Positions 1 to 12,189 of a stretch of DNA of 64,000 bases are shown piece by piece. Location of the stretch: NCBI GenBank assembly GCA_051313645.2, contig JBNRSN020000001.1, positions 105,400,001 through 105,464,000 of the forward strand. The letters run 5' to 3'. Each line of letters begins with the position of its first letter. Position 1 is the first letter of the stretch. The DNA is from Centroscyllium fabricii. Taxonomy: Eukaryota. A program made the position numbers and the translations under genes. The notes beneath the pieces were generated by a model, which saw only the letters and a program-made list of their open reading frames with translations, ran no database searches and had not been told where the DNA came from.

Positions 1-580
1 GCACAACATTCAGCTACAGTAGGAGTGTGAGAAGCATTGCTTATAGACTATTAATAGACATGCATTACAAGCAAAATGCTGTGAAGTATACTCATCTCCA
101 ACTCTTTATTGCTCTATTCTAATTATATCTGTATAGTCACACACTTAATATACTATCATGAATGTAACTGCTCATTAAAAGAAATGTCAGAGGAACTGAA
201 CTTTACACCTTGAAATAAAGACATTTCAATGTGTAAATTTTAAACATCATCTTACCATTTTTTTTAACTTGCCTGACATTTCAAAATCAAACACATTCTA
301 TATCGTCAATTGAACACCTAACTTTTTGACTGCGATCTCAGTCTTATTTTTTAAATAACTAAATGGACTGTTGTGTAGCATCCGTAAATAAATCCTTCAG
401 ATTAAAGGTTGCCGGGATAAGTATAGGTTGGGATCATATATTACTCCATGGGACAAAGTAGATGTTAGGGTCAAAGAATGAAAGAGCTTACATTTAGTAA
501 GCAGTTACGCAAGGGCCACTGAGTATATTGTAATTGGTGGTATTGAATTAATTTAATTTCAATTACTTAAAGGGTAAGTC

Positions 581-1924
581 ATGGCAGCACAGCCTGGTGC
601 TGTAGTATGCACCTCCTGCGCTATGTCGGAAGCCAGGGACACTTCCTGTGTCTCTGGCGACCATGTGTGCAGGAAGTGTATCTAGCTGCAGCTACTGACA
701 GACCGCATTGAGGCGCTGGAGATGCAGATGGATGCATTCTGGGGCATTCATGATGCTGGAGACATCATGAATAGCACGTTTAGTGAGTAAGTCACACCGC
801 AGGTAAAAGCTGCACAGGCAGGTGACCAACAGGCAGAGTAGAAGGCGCAGGCAGGTAATGCAGGAGTTCCCTGTGGCCACCCCCCTCTCAAACAGATATA
901 CCATTTTGGATACCATTGAGGGGGTGGTTTATCAGAGGAAGGCAGCAGCAGCCAACTTCCTGGCACCAGGGGTGGTTCTGCTGCACAGGACAGGAGGATA
1001 AAGAGTGGGAGAGCTATAGTGATAGGCGATTCTATTGTAAGGGGAATAGATAGGCGTTTCTGCGGCCGCAAACAACACTCCAGGATAGTGTGTTGCCTCC
1101 CTGGTGCAAAGGTCAAGGCTGCAGAACATTTTGGAAAGGGAGGGTGAACAGCCAGATGTTGTGGTGCATATAGGTACCAACGATATAGGTAAAAACCGGG
1201 GTAAAGCTGAATGTAGGGAGTTAGGAGGTAAATTAAAAAATAGGACCTCAAAGATAGTAGTCTCAGGATTACTACCAGTGCTACGTGCTAGTCAGAGTAG
1301 AAATAGAATGATATTTCAAATGAATACGTGGCTAGAGGAATGGTGCAAGGAGGAGGGATTCAAATTCCTGGGACATTGGAACCGGTTCTGGGGAAGGTGG
1401 GATCAGTACAAAATGGACGGTCTGAACCTGGGCAGGGCCAGGACCAATGTCTTAGTGGGAGTGATGCAACCGAGGCTTTTATTGACTTAGAACTATTGCT
1501 ACAGGTCTAGGCGATCTTCAGAGTCAAAGTGAAAGCACAAGGGGGTGCAAGCACATTTATACCCAGGTTGTGGGCGGAGCCTGGAGAGGAATTTAAGAAG
1601 CTGAGTCCTCCCAGGCAAGTCCTCCCAGACAAGACAAGGAGTCACAACTATACATCCAGACACAGTAATTACAAGGAGGGGACACAAGGGGGAGACACTA
1701 CACAATATATACAATATGGTGGTTTACCACAGGGAGGATTTAAACTAAAATGGGAGGAGGTTGGGAACCTGAGTGGGGCACAGGAAGCGGAAACAAGGAT
1801 AAAAGCAAAAGACAGGAAGGAGAAAAACAAAAGCGGCAGACTGAGAAATCAAGGGATTAAATCAAACATGGCCACAGTAAATAATAATTCTAAAAGATTT
1901 AAGAGCGTTAAAAAACAAGCCTGA
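581..1924 (+). pseudogene. CR1-a ORF1 remnant (Cys-rich N-terminus plus SGNH esterase-like domain), broken by stops, frameshift and a solo LTR
   Basis: ATG at 581; CxxC...CxxC; VIGDSIVRG; PDVVVHIGTNDI; DGLNL motifs typical of vertebrate CR1 ORF1. Confidence 0.85.
1462..1731 (-). mobile_element. Solo LTR (270 bp) inserted in CR1-a ORF1
   Basis: TG...CA termini with short imperfect inverted ends; 5-bp TSD GGGAG (1457-1461, 1732-1736); minus strand has TATAAA then AATAAA near its 3' end. Confidence 0.82.
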
Positions 1925-2248
1925 AGGCTTTGTGTCTTAATTCGAGGAGCATTCGTAATAAGGTGGATGAATTGACTGCACAAATAGAGGTAAACAAATA
2001 TTATATGATTAGGATTACGGAAACATGGCTCCAGGATGGCCAAGGCTGGGAACTCAACATCTAGGAGTATTCAATATTCAGGAAAAATAGGTAAAAAGGC
2101 AAAGGAGGTGGGGTAGCATTGCTGGTTAAAGAGGGGAGCAACATAATTGTAAGGAAGGATATTAGCTCTGATGATGTGAAATATGTATGGGTAGAATTGA
2201 GAAATACCAAGGGGCAGAAAACGTTAGTGGGAGTGGTATATAGACCTC

Positions 2249-2502
2249 ATAGAAACATAGAAGATAGGAGCAGGAGTAGGCCATTCGGCCCTTCGAGCCT
2301 GCTCCGCCATTCAATGAGATCATGGCGTATCATCCAAACCCAGTACCTGCCCCTGCCCTCTCCCCATATCCCTCAATCCCTATTGAGCCTGCATCAACAC
2401 ATATCCCAGCCTATCCCCGTAACCCCACATATTCAATCCCCCTAACACTAAGGGTCAATTTATCATGGCCAATCAACCTAACCCGCACATCTTTGGACTT
2501 TG
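2249..2502 (-). mobile_element. 5'-truncated HE1-like V-SINE with CR1-derived tail
   Basis: CR1-type tail joined to CAATTTATCATGGCCAATCAACCTAACCCGCACATCTTTGGAC (3' edge of V-domain); TSD GACCTC (2243-2248, 2503-2508); near-identical copy at 50673-50936. Confidence 0.8.
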
Positions 2503-2775
2503 GACCTCCAAACAGTAATGCGGAGGTTGGGGATGGCATTAAAAGGGAAATTAGTGAAGCGTGTAATAAGGGCACAGAAGTTATCATGGGAGACTTTAGT
2601 CTACATATAGATTGGGCTAACCAAATTAGTAACAATGTGGAGGAGGAATTCCTGGAGTGTATACGAGGTGGTTTTCTGGAACAATATGTCGAGCAACCAA
2701 CTAGAGATCAGGCCATCCTAGACTGGGTATTATGTAATGAGAAAAGATTAATTAGTGTTTCTCTCCACTGATGCT

Positions 2776-3060
2776 GAAAATGTTAGTGGGAGTGGTATAT
2801 AGACCTCCAAATAGTGAGGCGGAGGTTGGGGATGGTATTAAAAGGGAAATTAAAGAAGCGTGCAATAAGGGCACAGCAGTCATCATGGGTGACTTTAATC
2901 TACATATAGATTGGGCTAACCAAATTAGTAACAATAGTGTGGAGGAGGAATTCCTGGAGTGTTTACGGGATGGTTTCCTGGACCAATATGTCGAGGAACC
3001 AACCAGAGAACAGACCATCTTAGACTGGGTATTATGTAATGAGAAAGGATTAATTAACAA
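2776..3060 (+). repeat. Second copy of an about 280-bp CR1 endonuclease segment (first copy 2217-2755, interrupted by the SINE)
   Basis: LVGVVYRPP...ILDWVLCNEK is encoded twice, with scattered substitutions between the copies. Confidence 0.88.
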
Positions 3061-3212
3061 TCTTGTTGTGCGAGGCCCCTTGGGTCGGAGCGATCATAAT
3101 ATGACAGAATTCTTCATCAAGATCGAGCGTGAAGGAGTTGACTCAGAGACTAGGGTCCTGAATTTAAATAAAGGAAACTATGATGGTATGAGGCGCGAGT
3201 TGGGTAGGATTG

Positions 3213-3331
3213 TTTTTTGTTCTTCTGTTACTGCACTGTTGAGGAGCTATGCACACAAGTTTTTCACTCGCATTGATACCAGTATATCTGTGATGTGATA
3301 ATAAAATTAATCTGAATCTTAATATGAATCC
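3213..3331 (+). mobile_element. 3' end fragment of a Rex1/Babar-like LINE
   Basis: TSD GATTG (3208-3212, 3332-3336); AATAAA followed by (AATCTG)-like tail; ACTGCACTGTTG..GAGCTA..ACACAAG resembles fish Rex1 3' UTRs. Confidence 0.65.
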
Positions 3332-4521
3332 GATTGATTGGGGAATGTCACTCAAAGTGTTGACGGTGGATAGGCAATGGAAAACATTCAAAGATCGCAT
3401 GGATGAACTACAGAATTTGTTCATTCAAGTTTGGCTTAAAATTAAAACAAAAAAGGTGACTCAACCGTGGCTAACATGGGAAATTAGGGATAGCATAAGA
3501 TCCAAAGAAATGAAATATAAATTGGCCAGGAAAAGCAGTAAACCTGAGGATTGGGAGCAGTTTAAGGTTTAACAAAGGAGGGCAAAGGGATTAATTTAGA
3601 AGGGGAAAATGGAGTATGAGTGTAAGCTTGCAGGGAACATAACATCTGACTGTAAAAGGTTTAATAAATATGTGAAGAGAAAAGGACTGGTGAAGTCAAG
3701 TGAAGGTCCCTTGCAGTCAGAATCAGGGGAATTTATAATGGGGAACAAAGAAATGGCAGACCAATTAAGTACATACTTCGGTTCTGTCTTCACAAAGGAG
3801 GACACAAACAACCTTCCAGAGATGTCGGGAAACATGGGGTCTAATGAAACGGAGGAACTGATGGACATCAGTATTTGTAGGGAAATGGTGTTAGGGTAAT
3901 TGACGGGATTGAAGGCTGATAAATCCCCAGAGCCTGATAATCTACATCCTAGGGTACTTAAGGAAGTGGCCCTAGAGTGGCTGCATTGCTGGTCATCTTC
4001 CAAAATTCTATAGACTCTGGAACAGTACCCATGGATTGGAGGATAGCTAATGTTACCCCACTGTTCAAAAAAGGTGGTGGAGGGAAAACGGAGAATTACA
4101 GACCAGTAAGCCTGACATCGGCAGTGGGGAAAATGCTAGAGTCCATTATAAAAGATGTAATAGCAGAGTACTTGGAAAATAGTGATCGGATCGGACAAAA
4201 TCAACATGGATTTACAAAAGGTAAATCATGCTTGACTAATCTACTGGAATCCTTTGAAGATGTAACTGGTAAAATAGATAAGGGAGAACCAGTGGATGTG
4301 GTGTATTTGGACTTTAAAAAGGCTTTCGATAAGGTCCCGCGTAAGAGATTAGCATGTAAAGTTAAGGCACATGGGATTGGGGGTAAGGTATTGACTTGGA
4401 TAGAGAACTGGTTGGCAGACAGAAAACAAAGAGTTGAAATAAACGGCTCTTTTTCCGAGTGGCAGGCAGTGACTAGTGGGGTACCGCTGGGATCGGTCCT
4501 TGGACCCCAGCTATTCACAGT

Positions 4522-5475
4522 GGGCCCTATTTTCCTGTGGCCCGATTGCTGCGGGTGCGCGCTCACGTGCACCCGCGGCGCACGCGCACGTAATTATTTT
4601 TTTTTTCTGACGGCAATTTCCTGTGGAAAATGCTGGGTTTTTTTCCAGCGTAGGGGTCTGGTTTTTTTTGGTGCGTGGTGCTTTGTGCGTAGGTTGTGAG
4701 CAAGCCACGCCCACTGAGGTCGGCTTTCCCCCCGCACAAAGCACAGAATCGGCCTCAGGACAAAGAATATCGGGTAGGAAGCACCTTTTTTAAAAAAGTT
4801 TCTAGGAAGCACATTGTTTTTTTTAAGTTTCTAGGAAGCACCTTTTCCTTGTTTTTTTTAAGTTTCTGCCTTTTCTGCTGTTAGGGTTTTTTTTTGCTGG
4901 AAGTGAAAAAAACACGTTTAAAGGTAAGTTTTTTTTTGATTCCTTTGCAGATATTTGTCTGTGGTCTTTCAGCTTTTGAATGGTAGGGTTTTTTTATTTT
5001 TTGGTGAAAGTGAAAAAAAAACGGGTTTTTAACGCGAATTAAGCAGCTCTGATGGCCATCAGAGCTGCTGACATCGCGTTAAAAACACGTTTTTTTTTCA
5101 CTTTCACCAAAAAATAAAAAAACCCTACCATTCAAAAGCTGAAAGACCACAGACAAATATCTGCAAAGGAATCAAAAAAAAACTTACCTTTAAACGTGTT
5201 TTTTTCACTTCTCAAAGCTGCCTGCAGCCCTCTAAAACTGCTTTTTAAATGTGCAGCTGAAGAGAGACTTGCCCACGTGATACACACGCATTTTGAGCAG
5301 CTGCCTACAGGAAATCGGCAGCTCAAAGTCTTCCTGGGTAGGAAGCTGAAGCCCCTTGCCCATCAGCACAGGAAATTCACGTTTCTGGTAATCACCCGAG
5401 CTGCACCCCCACGAGGCATTTCTGACCCCCCTTCGTGGGGGTGCAGCTCTTCTGGAGCACAGGAAAACAGGGCCC
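4522..5475. mobile_element. PIF/Harbinger-like non-autonomous DNA transposon (954 bp) inserted in the CR1-a RT domain
   Basis: TIRs GGGCCCTATTTTCCTGTG / CACAGGAAAACAGGGCCC (1 mismatch); 3-bp flanks AGT/ATT; removing it restores ...QLFTVYINDLD... Confidence 0.88.
4900..5211. repeat. 312-bp near-perfect inverted repeat centred on a 28-bp loopless palindrome (5042-5069)
   Basis: Arms read as reverse complements (GAAGTGAAAA...TTTTCACTTC); centre AGCAGCTCTGATGG|CCATCAGAGCTGCT. Confidence 0.95.
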
Positions 5476-6453
5476 ATTATATATTAATGATCTGGACGAG
5501 GGAACTAGATGTAAATTCTCCAAGTTTGCAGATGACATGAAGCTGGGTGGGCATGTGTGCTGTGAGGAGGATGCTGAGAAACTCCAGTATGATTTAGACA
5601 GGATGGGTGACTGGGCAGAAGCATGGCAGATATAATATAACATGGATGAATGTGAGGTTGTACACTTTGATGTCAAAAACAAGGAGGCAGATTATTATCT
5701 GAATGGCAACAGATTGGGAGTAGGGGAAGTGAAACGAGACATGGGCGTTCTTGTGCACCAGTTGCTGAAAGTAAGCATGCAGGTGCAGCAGGCAGTTAAG
5801 AAGGCAAATGGTATGTTGGCCTTCATAGCGAGAGGGTTTGTGTACAGGAACAAGGATGTCGTGCTGCAGCTGTACAGGGCCTTGGTGAGACCACATCTTG
5901 AATATTGTGTGCAATTTTGGTCACCTTATCTAAGGAAGGATGTTCTTGCCATGGAAGGAGTAGTGAAGATTCGCCACGCTGATACCTGGGATGGCAGGAA
6001 TGACGTATGAGGAGAGATTGGGTCGATTGGGCTTGTACTCGCTGGAGTTTAGAAGAATGAGAGGGGATCTCATTGAAACTTACAAAATTCTAACAGGGCT
6101 GGACAGACTAGATGCAGGAAGGAAGTTCCCGATGGTGGCGGAGTCCAGAACCAGGGGTCACAGTTAAGGATAAGGGGTAAGCCATTTAGGACTGAGATGA
6201 GGAGGAATTTCTTCACCCAGATAATGGTGAACCTGTGGAATTCTCTACCACAGAAGGCAGTAGTGGCCAATTCATTAAATATATTCAAGAAGGAGTTGGA
6301 TATATTTCTTAAGGTTAAAGGGATTAAGGAATATGGGGAGAAGGCAGGGACAGGGTACTGAATTTGGATGATCAGCCATGATCGCATTGAATGGCAGAGC
6401 AGGCTCGAGGGGCCGAATGGCCTACTCCTGCTCCTATCTTCTATGTTTTTATG

Positions 6454-6890
6454 TTTATATAGAGCCTTTCATGCCCTCAGGACATCCCAAAGTGCTTTAC
6501 AGGCAATTAAATACTTTTGAACTGTAGTCGCTGTTGTTATATATGGAAAGACAGCAGCCAATTTGTGCACAGCAAGGTCCCACAAACAGCAATCAGATAA
6601 ATGACCAGATCATCCATTTTAGTAATGTTGGTTGAAGGACAAATGTTGGCCTGCACACCAGGGCGAACTCCCCTGCTCTTCCTTGAATAGTCCATTGGGA
6701 TCTTATACCCAAGAGGGCAGGCAAGGCATTGGTTTATCAACTTATCCATAAGGTGGCACCTTCAACAGGGCAGCACTCCCTCATTACTACACTGAGGTAT
6801 CAGCCCATATTATGTGCTCCAGTCTCTGGAGTGCGACTTGAGCACAGGACCTTCTGACTCCAAGGTGAGAATGCTACCACTAAGTCACAG
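6454..6890 (-). mobile_element. Full-length DeuSINE (SacSINE1/AmnSINE1-like); extreme tail displaced to 473-496 by CR1-a
   Basis: Minus strand: tRNA-like head (GTGACTTAGTGGTAGCATTCTCACC), Deu domain (GAGTGCTGCCCTGTTGAAGGTGCC...GATCCCAATGG), L2-like tail. Confidence 0.85.
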
Positions 6891-7002
6891 GGGAGAGGAG
6901 GGGAAGGGGCTGTTGGCTGGGAACTGGCAGTCTCTGATTTGTGGAGGGCAGTCGGCCATGGTTGGATAATGAAGATATGCAATGGACAGATATTCTGGAA
7001 AA

Positions 7003-7234
7003 TTGCACCTCCTTATCTCTGTACTCACCTCCAGAACTCCCCTCCTCCCAGAACTCTCAAATCCTCCGACTCTGGCCTCTTGTGCTGCTCTCCTCCCTGC
7101 ACTCTACTATTGGTGACTGTGCCTTCAACCATCTGGGCCGATACTATAACATTCCATCTCAAAACCCCTCTACCCCGCCCACCTCCTTTCTGACCCTCCT
7201 TAAAATCCACCTCTTCAATCAAGTTTTTTCTCAC
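7003..7234 (+). mobile_element. L2 LINE 3' fragment, left part (continues at 11021-11146 after the CR1-b insertion)
   Basis: Degenerate L2 ORF2 end (..AFNHLG..SFLTLLKIHLFNQ); the UTR and GCTATATAAGTGCAAGTT tail resume at 11021. Confidence 0.75.
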
Positions 7235-10200
7235 ATAACAGCATAAGAAATAGGAGCAGGAGTAGGCAAATCGGCCCCTCGAGCCTGATCCACCATTCAA
7301 CAAGATCATGGCTGATCTGATCCTAACCTCAATTTAATTTTTACTCTCCATCCCGCCCAAACCCATGTGATCACCCGGGAGAGGCGAAAAACCAGATAAA
7401 AAACCTAGTGGCCAATTTCGGAGAAAAAATCTGGGAAATTCCTCTCCGACCCATCTAGGCAATCGAAAACTGGTCCAGGAGATCACATGGCCGATCTGAA
7501 CCTAGCCTCACGTCCACTTACCTGCCTGCTCACCATAACCCCTAATTCCCTTTACTTCCAGGAAACTGTCTATCTCTGTTTTAAATTTATTCAATGTAGT
7601 AGCTTCCACAGCTCTCTGGGGTAGCAAATTCCACAGCCCCACCACCCTCTGAGTGAAGAAGTTTCTCCTCATCTCAGTTTTGAAATGGCAACCCCTTATT
7701 TTAAGATTATGCCCCCTGGTCCTAGTTTCACCCACCATTGGGAACATCCTCACTGCATCCACCCGATCAAGCCCTCTCACAATCTTATATGTTTCAATAA
7801 GATTGCCTCTCATTCTTCTGAACTCCAATGAGTAGAGGCCCAAACTACTCAGCCTCTCGTCATATGTCAGCCCCCTCATCCCAGGAATTAACCTAGTGAA
7901 CCTTCTTTGCACTGCCTCGAGAGCAAGTATGTCCTTTCTTAAATATGGATACCAGAACTGCACGCAGTACTCCAGGTGTGGTCTCACCAATACCCTGTAC
8001 AACTGCAGCAAGACCTCCCTGCTTTTATACTCCATCCCCTTAGCAATAAAAGATAACATTCTGTTGGCCTTCCTGACCACCTGCTGCACCTGCATATTAA
8101 CATTTTGTGTTTCCTGCACCAGGACCCCCAGATCCCTTTGCACTGAAGTACTTTCCAGTTTCTTTCCATTTAGATAATGACTCGCTCTATTATTTTTCCT
8201 GCCAAAGTGCATAACTTCCCATTTTCCAGTATTATATTCCATCTGCCAAATCTCTGCCCACTCACTTAGCCTATCTATATCCTTTTGCAGGTTTTTAATG
8301 TCCTCCTCACTCATCACCCTCCCTCCCATCTTTGTGTCATCTGCAAACTTTGATAGGTTGCACTTGGTCCCTTCCTCCAAATCATTAATATAGATTGTAA
8401 AGAGTTGGGGTCACAGCACCAACCATTGCGAAACACCACGAGTCACTGATTGCCAGTCTGAGAATGAACCATTTATCCCAACTCTCTGTTTTCTGTTAGA
8501 AAGCCAATCCTCCACCCATGCCAGAATATTACACCCAACCCCGTTATTTTTTATCTTGAGTAATAATCTTTTGTGTGGCACCTTGCCAAATGGCTTTTGG
8601 AAGTCTAAATACACTACATCCACTGGTTCCTCTTTATCCACCCTGTAAGTTATGTCCTCAAAGAACTCTAGCAAATTTGTCAAACATGACTTCCCCTTTG
8701 CAAAACCATGCTGACTTTGTCCTATTAAATTATGTTTATCCAAATGCCCTGTTACTGTTTCCTAAATAAAGGATTCTAACATTTTGCCAACCACAGATGT
8801 TAGGCTAACTGGTCTATAATTTTCAGCCTTCTGTCCTTTACCCTTTTTAAATAAAGGCGTTACATTAGCAGTTTTCCACTCTGCCGGGACCTTTGCCAAG
8901 TCCAGAGAGTTTTGAAAAATTATTACCAATGCATCCACAATCTCCACCGCCACTTCCCTCAAGAACCTAGGATGTAAGCCATCAGGTCCAGGGGATTTAT
9001 TCTCCTTAAGTCCCATTATTTTACCGAGTACCACTTCCTTAGTGACTTTAATCGTAATTAGCTCCTCCCCCCCTAGAGCCACCTGTTAATTAATGTTGGG
9101 ATATTTTTCAGTGTCCTCTACTGTAAAGACTGACACAAAATATTTGTTCAGCGTTTTTGCCATCTCCATGTCCCCTGCCATTAATTTCCCGGTCTCATCC
9201 TCTAAGGGACCAACATTTACTTTAGCCACCCTTTTTCTTTTTATGTAACTATAGAAACTCTTGCTATCTGTTTTTATATTTTTTGCTAATTTACTTTCAT
9301 AATCTATCTTCCCTTTCTTAATCAATCTTTTTGTTATTTTTTGCTGACTTTTAAAAGCTTCCCGATCTTCTATCTTTCCATTAGATTTAGCTACCTTATA
9401 TAACCTTGTTTTTAGTCGGATACTCTCCTTTATTACTTTACTTAGCCACGGATGGTTGTTTTTTCTTTTACACCCTTTTTTCCTCAGTGGAATATATTTT
9501 TCTTGAAAGTTGTAAATTAACTCCTTGAATACACGCCACTGATCATGTACCGTCTTACCCTTTAATCTGTTTTCCCAGTCCACCTTAATCAATTCTGCTC
9601 TCATACCATCATAGTCTCCTTTATTTAAGCTCAGTACGCTTGTTTGAGATCCAACCCTCTCACCCTCTAATTGAATTTGGAATTCGACCATGTTATGGTC
9701 ACTCATTCCAAGGGGATCCTTTACTAGGACATTTTTTATTAATCCTGCCTCATTACACAGGACCAGATCCAAGATTGCTTGCCCCCTGGTCGGCTCAGTT
9801 ACGTACTGTTCAAGGAACCCATCCCTAATTCACTCAATGAACTCTTCCTCAAGGCTGCCCTTTTCCACTTGATTAGTCCAGTCAATATAAAAGTTAAAAT
9901 CCCCCATAATTATAGCTGTTCCATTATTACAAGCCCCAACTATTTCCTGATTTAATTTCCAACCAACTGAGTTACAACTGTTTGGAGGCCTATAGACTAC
10001 GCCCACCAGTGTTTTTATCCCTTTGTTATTTCTTATTTCCACCCAAACTGTTTCACTATCCTGATCCCTTGAGCCAATATCGTTTCGCTGTATTGTCGTG
10101 ATTCCTTATTAACATAGCCACCCCACCTCCCTTTCCTTCCTGCCTGTCCCTCCTAATTGTTAAAAACCCTTGTATGTTTAATTCCCAGTCCTGGTCACCT

Positions 10201-11020
10201 TGTAGCCATGTTTCTGTAATTGCCACAAGATCATACCCATATGTAATTATTTGTGCCATCAACTCGTCTATTTTGTTATGAATACTACGTGCATTCAAAT
10301 AAAGGACTTTCAAATATGCTGGACACTTCATTTCTGCTTTTTCCCTTTTTACAACTTTACCTTTATCTCCATACATTCTTTCCCTTCCTGACACACTGTC
10401 TTTTAATTCCCCCATTGTTACCTATGTCCATTACCTTCTCCATTGTATTTTATTTATTTGCTCTCTAGAAACCTCCCCCCCCCCACCCACTAATTAAAGC
10501 CCTCTCTACAGCCCTAGTTATATGATTCGCCAGGACACTGGTCCCAGCCCGGTTCAGGTGAAGCCCGTCCTGCCGGAACAGTTCTCTCCTGTCCCAGTAC
10601 TGGTGCCAGTGTCCCAAGAAGCAAAACCCACTTCTCCCACACCAGTCTTTGAGCCACGCATTTAACTCCCTAATTTTATTTACCCTAGCCAAATTCACTC
10701 GTGGCTCAGGTAATAATCCAGAGATTATTACCCTTGAGGTTCTGTTTTTTAGTTTGACCCCTTGCTGCTCATACTCCTGTAACAGAACCTTCTTCCTTGT
10801 CTTATGTATGTCATTGGTACCAACATGTACCAGGACAACTGGATCCTCCCCCTCCTACTGCAAGTTTCTCTCCAGCCCAGAAGAGATGTCCTTAACTCTG
10901 GCATCGGGCAGGCAACACAGCCTTCGGGACTCCCGCTCTCGGTTGCAGAGAACCCTATCTATCCGCCTGATGATACTGTCCCCTAACACTACAACATTTC
11001 TATTAACTCCCCCTTGTTAA
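7235..11020 (-). mobile_element. 5'-truncated CR1 LINE (CR1-b): end of ORF1 plus decayed ORF2, extended 3' UTR
   Basis: ORF track pieces 10056-10415, 9830-10042, 9086-9772, 8762-9082, 8411-8743, 7508-8380 are collinear EN/RT; candidate TSD CTCAC (7230-7234, 11021-11025). Confidence 0.93.
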
Positions 11021-11146
11021 CTCACCCCTCCTAATATCTCCTTCTTTGGCTCAGTGTCCATTTGTGTCTAATAACACTTATGTAAAGCCTCTTATGATAT
11101 CTTTCTATGTTAAAGGTGCTATATAAGTGCAAGTTATTGTTGCTGT
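11021..11146 (+). mobile_element. L2 3' UTR and tail, right part of the element split by CR1-b
   Basis: CTAATATCTCCTTCTTTGGCTCAGTGTC...AAAGGTGCTATATAAGTGCAAGTTATTGTTG; parallels the intact copy at 14060-14405. Confidence 0.75.
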
Positions 11147-12189
11147 ATTATTTAATTAATGAGCATCGTAACGTTTCTATGCAGTGTTTTCCCTCAGGGA
11201 GATCAAATGGGTCGGGTAGAGTCAATGATAAGGTAGATAATGAATATTTAATGGAAGGAAATGTCTGGATTGACTTTTTGTTCCCTGCTTTCTAATATTC
11301 TTAGCATTTGGAGTTCAAATGTCATCTTCAAGTTGATCCTCTGACAAGACCTCATAGAAGGATCTGAGGAACACTTGTCAATTACTTTCCAAGGTGAGAA
11401 ATGCATTGCTTTTGACTTGATTTACAAATTGTAGCATTGTTTTAGCATATGGCTTAACTTATTTATAAAGCTATCGTGTGTTGAAATAGTTAACCCCAGT
11501 GACCCCAAACCTTAAAGCACTAGAATGAAGCATTTTTTAAAACAAAGAGAAACTCATACAGACAATTGAGATTAGGACTTATTTCATTCATGTATTGTTA
11601 TACATATTCCATGTGTTTTTTACAGTAAGTTGCTTTTTGGTTACAGATTTCTTGTGTTAGAATGTTAATTCTCTTTGTACTCAGTCTCTGTTCACATTTT
11701 CTTAAATTGCCAAGACCTAAGGCAATAATTCGACTTTTCCTTTACAATTAGTAACTGAATTGCAGACAGAAGAAAATTCTGTTCACATTTTAACAAGGAT
11801 TGAAATTCAGCATGCAGCATTTTCCAGGCGAGACTTCCGTTTACACCTTAAGTGATTAACGTGTGGAATAAGCTGCCATCCATCTTGGCTCTCTGTGCCT
11901 GTTTTATTCCCTTAGCACATTTGGGTACAAGGAAATGACCCTTTTTTTATTTTCCAAGTTTATATAAATGAAGAGAGCTGTTAACTCAATGTGGATTGCA
12001 GAAGGAAAATACCATCTGATCCTACAAATTAGCTGCATATACACAATGATTTGCAACAATGCTGCACGAGCGGGAATTGACGGAGACAGAAGAATTCAAA
12101 TGAATGGGGTCAGATACAAAACTGAGAACATACTAAAAACAAATATATCAGAAACCTCAAAGACTACTTATTTAGTTGAAACAATACCT

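Larger units (their letters stand above)
1921..6361 (+). pseudogene. CR1-a ORF2 remnant (APE endonuclease plus reverse transcriptase)
   Basis: LCLNSRSIRNK, ITETWL, VVYRPP, MGDFN, SDH, NYRPVSLTS, YLDFKKAFDKV, GVPLGSVLGP, KFADD, LVRPHLEYCVQFW; multiple stops and frameshifts. Confidence 0.92.
497..6453 (+). mobile_element. Near-full-length decayed CR1 LINE (CR1-a) inserted into the 3' tail of a DeuSINE; carries nested insertions
   Basis: ORF1 and ORF2 remnants in order; 3' end GGCCGAATGGCCTACTCCTGCTCCTAT plus (TTCTATG)-like tail; candidate TSD TTTA at 493-496 and 6454-6457; DeuSINE tail split across both ends. Confidence 0.92.

Noticed and set aside
1-496. Possible efnb2 exon 3
   Set aside because: No STSNG...GGVC-like coding sequence on the minus strand; exon 3 must lie beyond the window
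6800-6890. tRNA-like sequence on the minus strand
   Set aside because: It is the DeuSINE head, not a complete cloverleaf
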